A stretch of 64,000 nt of DNA, taken from assembly GCA_964417975.1 (NCBI GenBank), contig CAYQJQ010000003.1, positions 35,413-99,412 of the forward strand, given 5' to 3'. The translations under genes and the position numbers were made by a program. The notes beneath the pieces were generated by a model. That model did no database searches. It saw only the letters and a list, made by a program, of their open reading frames with translations, and had not been told where the DNA came from. This document shows, piece after piece, positions 1 through 8,807 of the stretch (the first letter of the stretch is position 1; the number at the start of each line of letters is the position of its first letter). This DNA is from an uncultured Pseudomonadota bacterium. GTDB lineage: Bacteria; Babelota; Babeliae; Babelales; Vermiphilaceae.

Positions 1-798
1 TCACCAGTATATAAAGGTACCCATGCGAATGCTCAAGAAATACTCAAAAATACCCTTCGTGTTGGTCAGGATTATCAAGGTACGCATGATATACCGTCAA
101 TAGCAACAACGCATTTATCGCCCTATTTGAAGTTCGGGCTACTTTCAGTACGTACCGTATGTACAACCATTGCCGCGAAATATGGTATGGCGCACCCATT
201 GATTCGCCAGTTATATTGGCGTGATTTTTTTACCTATGTTGCATTTCACTCGCCACATGTCTTTGGTCATGCCTATCATCAAGAATTTGATGCTCTGGAG
301 TGGGATAATAATCAAGAATACTTTGATCGGTGGTGTTCAGGTACAACCGGGTTTCCCTTGGTGGATGCGGGCATGCGAGAGCTTGCTGCCACTGGACATC
401 TACACAATCGGGTACGCATGGTGGTCGCCTCATTTCTATGTAAAGATCTCCATATTGATTGGCGTTATGGTGAGCGCTATTTTGCACAAAAACTTGTGGA
501 TTATGATCCTGCGGTGAATAATGGTAATTGGCAATGGGTAGCATCAACTGGATGTGATGCGCAGCCGTATTTCAGAATTTTTAATCCATGGTTACAGCAA
601 CGTCGCTTTGATCCTGAGGGTATATATATACGAAAATGGATTCCAGAGCTTGCATCCGTAAGTAACCGCGATCTACATAACTGGCACACTGCCTATGCTA
701 AATATCCGCTAGTGTACCATAAACCCATCTGTTGGCACGAACAGGAACGAAGTAAAACAATGATATATTATAAACAGGCACTCAAAAAAGCAGATTAA
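1..798 (+). CDS. phr: deoxyribodipyrimidine photolyase / cryptochrome family, C-terminal FAD-binding part (5' end lies outside the window)
   Basis: Frame 1 is open from base 1. The translation contains TTHLSPYLKFG, WRDFF, TGFPLVDAGMRELAATGHLHNRVRMVVASFL and NNGNWQWVASTG, which are classic photolyase FAD-domain motifs. Confidence 0.85.
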   Translation, partial: SPVYKGTHANAQEILKNTLRVGQDYQGTHDIPSIATTHLSPYLKFGLLSVRTVCTTIAAKYGMAHPLIRQLYWRDFFTYVAFHSPHVFGHAYHQEFDALEWDNNQEYFDRWCSGTTGFPLVDAGMRELAATGHLHNRVRMVVASFLCKDLHIDWRYGERYFAQKLVDYDPAVNNGNWQWVASTGCDAQPYFRIFNPWLQQRRFDPEGIYIRKWIPELASVSNRDLHNWHTAYAKYPLVYHKPICWHEQERSKTMIYYKQALKKAD

Positions 799-806
799 AG
801 GTTATT

Positions 807-1709
807 ATGATTTTGTGGTTGGCTATCCTGAATTTTCTATTTGCCGTATCGTTCGTTATTGCAAAGATAGGAATTTATTACATCACACCGCTTTATTTTG
901 TTGCGGTTCGTATGATTGTTGCAGCGGCTGTACTGTATGGATACGTAGCGATAACCCGCGTTCGAATGCATATTAAGCTGTCTGATTATCGCGCGATTTT
1001 TTTACTTTCTTTGTTTCATATCTTTATTCCCTATTGCCTAGAATTTTGGGCATTAAAGTATCTTGATTCAACTACCACGTCTTTACTGTACAGTATTACC
1101 CCCTTAATTGCGGCACTTATTGGGTGGACCAAGGGTGTTGAGCGATTTACGGTATTTCATTACAGTGGTATTGGAATTGGTGTATTAGGGTCTTTGTTGT
1201 ACGCGGTGATGTCTGGTGAGACGGTAGGAACGATGAGTAGTAGTATTTATTGGCCTGAATGTGCTCTGTTTATTGCTATTTGGTCATCTGCTTATGGGTG
1301 GTTTTTGCTCAAAGAATTGGTTGTTGAGCGGGGATATTCGGTATTGTTGATTAATAGTATGGCCATGGGAATTGGTGGCATATTGGCGCTTGTAATAGCA
1401 ATAAGTCTCGGGAATCCTTTTTTTACCTGCTCGCCTACCGCAGGATCGGTGCTCAAAGGATTTTCAGCTATGGGGGCACTTATTATAACGGCAAACTGTA
1501 TCTCTTATAATGTATATGGGTACTTATTTAACTATTTTTCGGCTACTTTTATTTCAGCAACCGGTATGGTAATTCCCTTGATTACCGCGCTGTTTGGTTA
1601 CTTGTTCCTTGGTGAAACCATCTCATTACCATTTTTCATATCATTTCTGATTATTATGTGTGGTCTATTATTGTTTTATTACGGAGAACAAAAGAAGAAG
1701 GCCACCTAG
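807..1709 (+). CDS. EamA/DMT-superfamily transporter (about 10 TM helices)
   Basis: A 300-aa, highly hydrophobic ORF with two similar five-helix halves, which is the typical EamA architecture. The substrate cannot be inferred. Confidence 0.65.
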   Translation: MILWLAILNFLFAVSFVIAKIGIYYITPLYFVAVRMIVAAAVLYGYVAITRVRMHIKLSDYRAIFLLSLFHIFIPYCLEFWALKYLDSTTTSLLYSITPLIAALIGWTKGVERFTVFHYSGIGIGVLGSLLYAVMSGETVGTMSSSIYWPECALFIAIWSSAYGWFLLKELVVERGYSVLLINSMAMGIGGILALVIAISLGNPFFTCSPTAGSVLKGFSAMGALIITANCISYNVYGYLFNYFSATFISATGMVIPLITALFGYLFLGETISLPFFISFLIIMCGLLLFYYGEQKKKAT

Positions 1710-1753
1710 CCGCTTAGGTAAGGTAGCCCTTATTCTTTAAAACTAATGGACTA

Positions 1754-2017
1754 CTACCAATTAATGATAGGAGTTACCACTGTTTTTTTTCTTGCCATAG
1801 AACGCTTAGCGGAAGCCTTCTTTGCAACTACACGTTTCTTTGCAGTTGTCTTTTTTGCAGTGGTACGGCGTGCAGTTGTCTTTTTGGCAGCTGTAGTTTT
1901 TCTAGCAGCAGTTTTACGACGAACTGTTTTTTTCTTTGCTGAAGAAGCTACGCGTGAACGTGAGCTCGTCTTTTTAGCAGTCGACTTACGTGCTGCTGGT
2001 TTTCTCTTTACTACCAT
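1754..2017 (-). CDS. small lysine/alanine/threonine-rich basic protein, histone H1-like / Hc1-like nucleoid protein
   Basis: An 87-aa protein made of reiterated AKKTT/ARRTT/AKKK motifs. The ATG at 2017 is preceded on the minus strand by a purine-rich SD (aaaagggggaatac ATG). The + strand ORF 1746..2045 is its low-complexity shadow. Confidence 0.7.
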   Translation of the reverse strand: MVVKRKPAARKSTAKKTSSRSRVASSAKKKTVRRKTAARKTTAAKKTTARRTTAKKTTAKKRVVAKKASAKRSMARKKTVVTPIINW

Positions 2018-2277
2018 GTATTCCCCCTTTTTTTTGGGTTATTAAAACATTTTTGTGCAGTGTTTGTTTTTCATTGGTGAGTCTATCTCTCTGCTCATTT
2101 TTATGATAAAGATGTTGAGATACAAAAAGCAACATTTTCTCTCGTAATGATAAAAAAGTTTATAAGTAAAAGATAAATAATATGCAATGAGCTATGAACA
2201 GTACGCATTTTTAGAAAGCGCACATGGTGAACCGACTACTTATGTTGTTAGAAATATTTTGATGATTGCATGTACTA

Positions 2278-3618
2278 TTACGGAGCAACTGTGATCCTGT
2301 TTTTATGTTTCTTAACCGCCCACGCAAGTATATGTTCATCAACAGTGTTATTGTCAGCTATCAAGGTCTCAGAATATATAGTATCAACAACTTGCTCTAT
2401 CTCTCGGCCCGATATATTAGTAGGCAGTTCGCTGACTAATTGTTTAATACGTGCTGGATTTTTTAAGAGTTCATAATTAATTCTTTTCTCTATTGTGGGA
2501 GGATTGTCGTGTTGTGTAAATAGTATACTATTGCTTTCTTTCAATGAAAATAAACCGCGTGGTAAGCTTACTCGTGGTTCCCCTCGCTTGTAAATAAATT
2601 GATTTTGACCAAAGCGTTTTTTGATATGTATATTAAGGATCTCGTTTTTTTTATCTTCATCGGGCAATGGAAAATGTGTATGAGAAGTAAAACGTGACAA
2701 AACTAACTTATCAAATTTTTTTGGATTATTGGCAGAAAAAATAATTGAATAAGACGAAGAAGGACTTCCTGTCTCGGTTAAAAATTTTGTCATTGCATCC
2801 TTTCTTCCTTTGTCTGATTCATTTTCAATGTCTGTAAAGACTTTATCAGCCTCATCAAATACAATAATAGTGGGTTTTTTAGCAGCAAACGTAAACACTT
2901 TGTCAAATTGTATAGCTGCCTCACCTGTCTTCATATAATAGGATAAATCAGCACCAGAAAAAAATACCACTTGCATACCACAATGCTCAGCAATCAGCTT
3001 TATAGATTCTGTTTTACCGGTTCCTGCTTCACCATAAAAAATAAGGTTTTCGTAATTCGCTCCATGTTCTTTTGCTGCTTCTATTCTTTTAATTATGTGC
3101 TCAAGCTCCTGTTGTGTGCTGAGAGGTAGCGCTAATTTCTTTTTTAATTCCTCAAAGGCCAATTTCGACGAGCCTCCTTTTTTGATAGGTAAGATAGTTT
3201 TCTTGTTTAAGAGTGACGGGGCAGTATAATACTTAAATATTTCTCCCAATAGATACGACCCAAGTATAGCTGCAGGTAGCGCAACTATATTCTGCATTTT
3301 AAGGTGCCATTCAAATTTTTTAGCAGAAATGTGAATACCTTGTAAGGCTTCCACTGACGCTTTAAAATTTGATATCTCGCTAAGTATTTCTTTTGCTTTA
3401 TCGTCAATTGATGAAGTACCCAGTGCAATTTCCTGGATATCTGTTATTACGTTGAAAATTTGCGGGTTATTTTTGACTGCCTGCAGGAGATATGCTAAGC
3501 AAATTAAGGGTTTAAGATTACCCGGTACTCCTTTGTCCGCGGCATTCAGCTGTTGCGGATGTACGAAAAAAAATAGCAGTATGAAAAACAATAGTTTGAA
3601 TGATTTCATCTTAGTCAC
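2278..3618 (-). CDS. membrane-anchored AAA+ ATPase, ATAD3-like
   Basis: Walker A is GEAGTGKT and Walker B is IIVFDEADK. It has an N-terminal signal/anchor ([16 protein letters not shown]), a helical region and a second hydrophobic helix ([18 protein letters not shown]) before the ATPase domain. The C-terminal ISGREIEQ motif and the segment [32 protein letters not shown] resemble ATAD3 as I recall it. The start may be the ATG at 3609 rather than the GTG at 3618. Confidence 0.8.
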   Translation of the reverse strand: [446 protein letters not shown]

Positions 3619-3913
3619 CGAAATAAAAAGAATTTATCGTGTAAGCTTTGTGGAAAAAAATTACAAATAAATTAAAAAATATGCTTCCTTTTTAATTCCT
3701 TATTATTTTACTATATAATTAATTTTTTTCAATATTCAAAATGCTTTATTGGTTTATATTGCATTTTTAAATTTAAGTTATTGGTTATTTTTTACTGCTT
3801 ACTTATAAAAAATGACCTTATTATCACATTCCCACTTTTAACAAATTGGTACACCGCGTATACTGATACCGTAGGGAAACAACGATCTATTTTATAATGA
3901 GTGATCAAATACA

Positions 3914-5335
3914 ATGCAAAAAAAATTACCTGATATTAAGAGTGACTTTGCGCAATGGTACCAAGAGGTTATTTATTCAGCCGAACTGGTTGACCAATCA
4001 CCAGTTCGGGGTACTATGATTATCCGGCCCTATGGCTGTGCCCTGTGGGAACGCATGCAGGCGGTATTGGACGCCCGAATAAAGGCAACCGGTCACCATA
4101 ATGCTATCTTTCCTCTGTTTATTCCAGAATCTTTTTTAAAACGGGAAGCACAACATGTTGAAGGTTTTGCGCCTGAATTAGCAGTAGTTACCCATGCGGG
4201 AGGAAAAGAGCTTGACGAACCATTAGTAGTACGGCCAACCTCAGAAACCATCATTCATTATATGTTTGCACGCTGGATTACCTCGTGGCGTGATTTGCCA
4301 TTAAAAATAAACCAATGGGCCAATGTAGTACGCTGGGAGATGCGCCCCCGGGCTTTTTTGCGTACGACAGAATTTTTCTGGCAAGAAGGCCATACGGCCC
4401 ATGCAACCCACGAAGAAGCGCTTGCCGAAGCTCTGACTATGCTCAATGAATATGTTTTATTTGCCGAACAGTACTTGGCAATTCCAGTGATTACGGGTAG
4501 GAAGACTGATAGCGAAAAATTTCCTGGTGCTCAGATTACCTATACTTTTGAAACATTGATGCAGGATGGTAAAGCCTTGCAAATGGGCACCTCGCACCTG
4601 TTGTCACAATCATTTGCCCATGCATTTGAGATGAAATTTCAGGACGCTGCCGGTGTAGTACAATATCCACATTTGACCAGCTGGGGCGTTACCACGCGCC
4701 TTATTGGTGCATTGGTTATGGTGCATGGCGATCAAAAAGGCCTGATTATGCCTCCACGTATTGCACCTCATCAGGTAGTTATTATACCGATTATGAAAAA
4801 AGGTATTGATGAAGCTCGTATGAAAGAAGCGATTGCCGATGTTAACGATACGCTTACTGCTGCCGGTATTCGGGTAGTCGTTGATGCAAGTACTGACAGT
4901 CCTGGATCTAAATTTTATGCCTGGGAACTGCGCGGCACCCCCGTGCGCATAGAAATAGGTGCACGTGAACTTGAACAGGGTACCATGGTGTTGGTTGATC
5001 GCCTCGGTTTGGTAAAAGAAACTATTGATCGCGATGTTTTAGTACCATTTGTCACGCAGTTACTCGATAAAATACATGCAACATTATTTGCACGTGCTAA
5101 AGAGCGCCTTCTTTCCTTTTGGTACCACGGAGTCAAGTTATCTGAGTTTGGACCACAACTTGAAGAGCATGGCGGTATGTACCAGGTAGGCTGGTGTGGG
5201 AATGCTGCATGTGAAGCAGAATTGAAAAAATACAAAGCATCAAGCCGTTGTATTTTAGAGTCTGTAAGTTCGGTAGATTGTTTTGTGTGCAATAAACCAA
5301 GCACCTGTGATATATTGGTTGCAAAATCATATTGA
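3914..5335 (+). CDS. proS: prolyl-tRNA synthetase, archaeal/eukaryote-like type
   Basis: N-terminus FAQWYQEVIYSAELVDQSPVRGTMIIRPYGCALWE, class II core motifs, a C-terminal Cys-rich domain and a terminal Tyr. At 473 aa it lacks the bacterial-type insertion domain. Confidence 0.9.
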   Translation: MQKKLPDIKSDFAQWYQEVIYSAELVDQSPVRGTMIIRPYGCALWERMQAVLDARIKATGHHNAIFPLFIPESFLKREAQHVEGFAPELAVVTHAGGKELDEPLVVRPTSETIIHYMFARWITSWRDLPLKINQWANVVRWEMRPRAFLRTTEFFWQEGHTAHATHEEALAEALTMLNEYVLFAEQYLAIPVITGRKTDSEKFPGAQITYTFETLMQDGKALQMGTSHLLSQSFAHAFEMKFQDAAGVVQYPHLTSWGVTTRLIGALVMVHGDQKGLIMPPRIAPHQVVIIPIMKKGIDEARMKEAIADVNDTLTAAGIRVVVDASTDSPGSKFYAWELRGTPVRIEIGARELEQGTMVLVDRLGLVKETIDRDVLVPFVTQLLDKIHATLFARAKERLLSFWYHGVKLSEFGPQLEEHGGMYQVGWCGNAACEAELKKYKASSRCILESVSSVDCFVCNKPSTCDILVAKSY

Positions 5336-5364
5336 TCAGAAGTTAATTAAAAAGGGAGGGTAGT

Positions 5365-6294
5365 ATGGAGCTACTTACGTCTGCATCCGTTCGCTTTTTC
5401 AATTATTTATTAACTGAACGGCGCGTTGCGCATAATACGTTTTTAGCGTACAAACTTGATATTGATCAGTTGTCGACCTTTCTAGCAAAACATAAAATTA
5501 CGTGCATAGATGATATTACGCTTGCCCTTCTGAAGCAATATGTAGCTGTACTGCATAAGCGCGGCATTACGCCAAAAAGTATGGTGCGTAAATTATCATC
5601 CATAAAAGGGTTTGTCGGTTATTGTGCACGAACGTATGATATACCAAACGTATCAGCTGGACTTATTTTCCCAAAGGTACCAAAAAGACTCCCCCGTTTT
5701 TTATCGCATGACGAGATCGAAGAACTTTTTGCGGTTGCTGATCAGGCGGATGGTATACATGCATTACGTAATAAGGTTATGCTCTATCTGTTATATGTTA
5801 CGGGTATGCGGGTTAGCGAACTTATTGCATTACGCGTTACTGATTTGCATCCGGATACCAATACGGTGACCGTTTCAGGAAAAGGAGGGAAGCAGCGTCT
5901 TATCCCCGTACCAATGGCCATTATGCAGATGGTACAAACATATACTGCGTCGACTGGACGCATGCAGTTAATAGCGGCGGGAAATGCCAAGAAAAAAAAT
6001 AGGTCATCAGAGTTTTTATTCGTTACTCATTACAAAGACAAGGTGGGAGCAATAACGCGACAGGCATTTTTTGCAATCCTGAACGGATTATGGAAAAAAA
6101 CCGGCAACGATAAAACTATTTCGCCCCATAAATTGCGTCATTCATTTGCAACCCATATGCTGAAAAATGGTGCTCATTTGCGATCATTACAACTTCTTTT
6201 GGGGCATGAAAGTTTATCGACTGTGCAGATATATACCCATATAGATACTAGTTATGCACGTACCCTATACGATAAAAAACATAAACGTTCATAA
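5365..6294 (+). CDS. tyrosine recombinase, XerC/XerD family
   Basis: An N-terminal SAM-like domain is followed by the catalytic motifs RVSELIAL, HKLRHSFATHML and LLGHESLSTVQIYTH. A strong SD (gggaggg) precedes the ATG. Confidence 0.85.
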   Translation: MELLTSASVRFFNYLLTERRVAHNTFLAYKLDIDQLSTFLAKHKITCIDDITLALLKQYVAVLHKRGITPKSMVRKLSSIKGFVGYCARTYDIPNVSAGLIFPKVPKRLPRFLSHDEIEELFAVADQADGIHALRNKVMLYLLYVTGMRVSELIALRVTDLHPDTNTVTVSGKGGKQRLIPVPMAIMQMVQTYTASTGRMQLIAAGNAKKKNRSSEFLFVTHYKDKVGAITRQAFFAILNGLWKKTGNDKTISPHKLRHSFATHMLKNGAHLRSLQLLLGHESLSTVQIYTHIDTSYARTLYDKKHKRS

Positions 6295-6399
6295 CGTAAA
6301 AGTGCTTTATAATAGGTGCATTTTTACCATAATACCGCTATACTTACTCCGATAGTGTTCACTTTCTTCGTAATCGCGTTTTTATACGGATAGATCTCT

Positions 6400-7536
6400 A
6401 TGTACAGTACTTTTATTGTTGAGCAAAAACAGTTGTTTTCTATTTTGTCTTCGATGCAACCTATTTGTACTAAACGTACCACTATGGATAGCACCGCATC
6501 GATTTTATTTCACGTTGGCTTCAAAGAACTGGTATTAAAGAGTACTGATCTGGAGGTCAGTTTACAATCCAATTGCAGCTTGGTAAAAAATACTGGTACA
6601 CATGAATTTGATTTTTTAGTCTCCGGTAAAAGAATCTTTGATTTAGTAAAAGAATTAGAGGGCGATATTACGTGTACAATGAGTAGCACACAACTGCATT
6701 TGTCTGCAAATGATGTACAGGTAAGCTTAAATTTACGCGATGCACAAGATTTTCCAGCATTCCCCGAGCGCATAGAAAACATCATGCAACTTGATGCAAG
6801 TTTACTGATAGAAATGATTAATAAAGTAGCATTTGTGATTCCGCAAAACCATGCAAACGCTGCTCTCAATGGATTGTACTGGGAACTATCGAGTACAGCA
6901 TTGACTATGACAGCCACTGATGGGCATTGCTTAGCGCAAGTTATGTCGCCTATCTGTACACATGATGAACCACGCCGCTGGTTACTACCTCGCCGTGCCA
7001 TTTTTGAATTAAAAAAAATTATTGAGTCACTCAACGGTACATCAACCCTCTTTTTAGGACTGTGTAATAATCAACTCGTTTTTTCTGGTGAATCATTTAA
7101 CTTTTTTACTAAGTTGCTTAATGACTCATTTCCACAATATGCGTCTATTTTAAATAAAGATGGATTTGTCCCTGCAAGACTTGATAGAACGAGGTTTCTC
7201 AAAACCCTACGCCGGTCAACCTGCTTTTTATCTGGTAACTTAGTGCAAGCAACCTCCTTTCATTTTGGTGATCAAAAGCTCAATGTGACTATGGACAATA
7301 AAGAGATTGGTCGACTGGATGAATCTATTTCCTTAGATGCTTATGCAGGCAACCCGTTAACCGTCTATTTTTATGCACCCTATTTATTGAATGGGGTTCC
7401 GGTACTAGGTGGCGACTCAGTGAATTTGTTGCTTAAAAATGGTTCATCACCCGTAATTTTTCAGGATCAAAATGAGCGATTTTCGCTTCTGTACCTTGTT
7501 ATGCCGATAGTACCACAACGCAATGAATGCAGCTAA
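6400..7536 (+). CDS. dnaN: DNA polymerase III beta sliding clamp
   Basis: A 378-aa protein with three-domain clamp length. It contains LLIEMINKVAFVIPQN..NAALNGLYWEL and LTMTATDGHCLA, and the C-terminal YLVMP pattern. recF lies immediately downstream. Confidence 0.85.
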   Translation: MYSTFIVEQKQLFSILSSMQPICTKRTTMDSTASILFHVGFKELVLKSTDLEVSLQSNCSLVKNTGTHEFDFLVSGKRIFDLVKELEGDITCTMSSTQLHLSANDVQVSLNLRDAQDFPAFPERIENIMQLDASLLIEMINKVAFVIPQNHANAALNGLYWELSSTALTMTATDGHCLAQVMSPICTHDEPRRWLLPRRAIFELKKIIESLNGTSTLFLGLCNNQLVFSGESFNFFTKLLNDSFPQYASILNKDGFVPARLDRTRFLKTLRRSTCFLSGNLVQATSFHFGDQKLNVTMDNKEIGRLDESISLDAYAGNPLTVYFYAPYLLNGVPVLGGDSVNLLLKNGSSPVIFQDQNERFSLLYLVMPIVPQRNECS

Positions 7537-8602
7537 TATATGTGTCGCCGAACTGCAGTTAAAAAACATTCGGTGCTTTAAAGATACGCGTATTGTTTTT
7601 CAATCCCCTCTATCAGTTATTATTGGGGCTAATGGTTCAGGAAAAACAAGTATCCTCGAGGCCTTGCATTATGCGTGTTATTTTAGGTCATTTCGTACGC
7701 ATGCTGTACAGGATATGATAGCGCAGGGATCTGATACTTTTTTTTGTTCCCTGTCTTTAGGCTTTAATGGAGTTACCCATATCCTCAATACCGGTTTCTC
7801 AGTCAATAAACGTTTGATTACGTTGGACGGAGCCCCTATCGCCTCCCATAAAAAATTATTGGACTATTATCGGGTTGTTGTTATATCTGAATTTGATTTG
7901 GAGTTAGTGACCGGTGCACCAGAGGGGCGGCGTTCATTTATTGACCATTGCTTGCTTTTGGGGAGTGAGCGAGAGGAGGTCTTTCCTTTATTGAAGCATC
8001 TAAAAAGCATTATTAGTAACCGGATGCATTTGGTTGCAACGCTTGCCGCCGCTAATGATGAATATTGTATATGGACAGAGCGGCTTTTGGGGGTATCTGG
8101 TTGTTTACGTACAGTTCGGATTAGGTATTTAGCACAGCTTGAGGCTATGCTAAATACTATTGGGCCACAGTTTCTGGGGGAGAATATTGCAATTCGCCTT
8201 CATTACCAGCCAAAAGAGTGGAAAGATGATCTAGCGGCACTCTATCGAGCAGAAAAAAAATTAAAACGCTCCATGTGCGGAGCTCATTTAGACGATATCG
8301 TCATTGAATTCAACGGTATGAATGCTAAAAAAAACTGCTCTCGTGGACAACAAAAACTAGTGGCACTGCTATTAAAGGTTGCACACATGAGTCTTGAGCA
8401 AGTTCAGTGTTCAAAGCAGCCCCCATTACTACTGATCGATGATTTTTTCAGTGATTTTGACCCTGTGATACAAAAAAAGGTGCTTTCACTCATTATGGAT
8501 ATGGGTTCTCAGGTTGTGTTGACCGTTCCGGAGCAGGAACAAAACAGTCTCCCTAGCAGCTTGCGTTCCTTTCCTTTTTCGATCATAAATCTTTCTATGT
8601 GA
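7523..8602 (+). CDS. recF: DNA replication and repair protein RecF
   Basis: Walker A is GANGSGKTSILEALHY, the signature is SRGQQKLVALLLKVA and Walker B is LLLIDDFFSDFD. It overlaps the dnaN stop by 14 nt. Confidence 0.85.
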   Translation: MNAANICVAELQLKNIRCFKDTRIVFQSPLSVIIGANGSGKTSILEALHYACYFRSFRTHAVQDMIAQGSDTFFCSLSLGFNGVTHILNTGFSVNKRLITLDGAPIASHKKLLDYYRVVVISEFDLELVTGAPEGRRSFIDHCLLLGSEREEVFPLLKHLKSIISNRMHLVATLAAANDEYCIWTERLLGVSGCLRTVRIRYLAQLEAMLNTIGPQFLGENIAIRLHYQPKEWKDDLAALYRAEKKLKRSMCGAHLDDIVIEFNGMNAKKNCSRGQQKLVALLLKVAHMSLEQVQCSKQPPLLLIDDFFSDFDPVIQKKVLSLIMDMGSQVVLTVPEQEQNSLPSSLRSFPFSIINLSM

Positions 8603-8643
8603 AAGCAAAGGCCTAAAATTAGCCATTTTTTTACTATAAAAGG

Positions 8644-8672
8644 TTGACACCCCGAAAAAAATGGGGTACTAT
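8644..8672 (+). promoter_or_regulatory. near-consensus sigma-70-type promoter (TTGACA, 17-nt spacer, TACTAT)
   Basis: ttgaca at 8644-8649, a 17-nt spacer at 8650-8666 (ccccgaaaaaaatgggg, itself a small palindrome) and tactat at 8667-8672. It lies 42 nt after the recF stop. Confidence 0.5.
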
Positions 8673-8678
8673 TTGAAA

Positions 8679-8807
8679 TGTATTAAGAATACATATTAAA
8701 CAAAGACGTTTTTACAAGTATTCTTAATGTTTAAATTAGGCTTCATTACTACTCTCCTTTTTTCCATCGCATTAGTCAGTTCTGATTGATGCGGTGGAAT
8801 TTTTTTT
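8679..8807 (+). ncRNA. candidate small RNA of about 130 nt, family unknown
   Basis: It runs from the predicted start about 7 nt after the -10 element to the intrinsic terminator. It has an 11-bp hairpin (ATTAAGAATAC 8682-8692 / GTATTCTTAAT 8718-8728), then a single-stranded CU-rich stretch (actactctccttttttcc), then the terminator hairpin. No ORF is present. Confidence 0.4.
8764..8807 (+). terminator. rho-independent terminator
   Basis: The stem is ccatcgca (8764-8771) / tgcggtgg (8790-8797) with one G-U pair, followed by aa and a run of 8 T (8800-8807). Confidence 0.6.

Noticed and set aside
1746-2045. A 99-aa + strand ORF rich in F/A/V.
   Set aside because: It is the antisense shadow of the low-complexity K/A/T-rich gene. 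The minus-strand frame has a strong SD and a plausible protein, whereas the + frame is an artefact of the complementary repeat composition.
5365-6294. The tyrosine recombinases here and at 47886..48815, considered as markers of an integrated mobile element.
   Set aside because: Both are about 309 aa with canonical XerC/XerD motifs. No flanking direct repeats, phage or plasmid genes, or tRNA integration sites are present. They are most simply the housekeeping XerC/XerD pair.
6510-7034. A 174-aa minus-strand ORF. Similar antisense ORFs occur inside pepA (29017..29415), proS (4915..5304), PhoH2 (40826..41068) and tolA (55207..55488, 55301..55510).
   Set aside because: These are embedded antisense in genes with clear family motifs, and none has recognisable domains.
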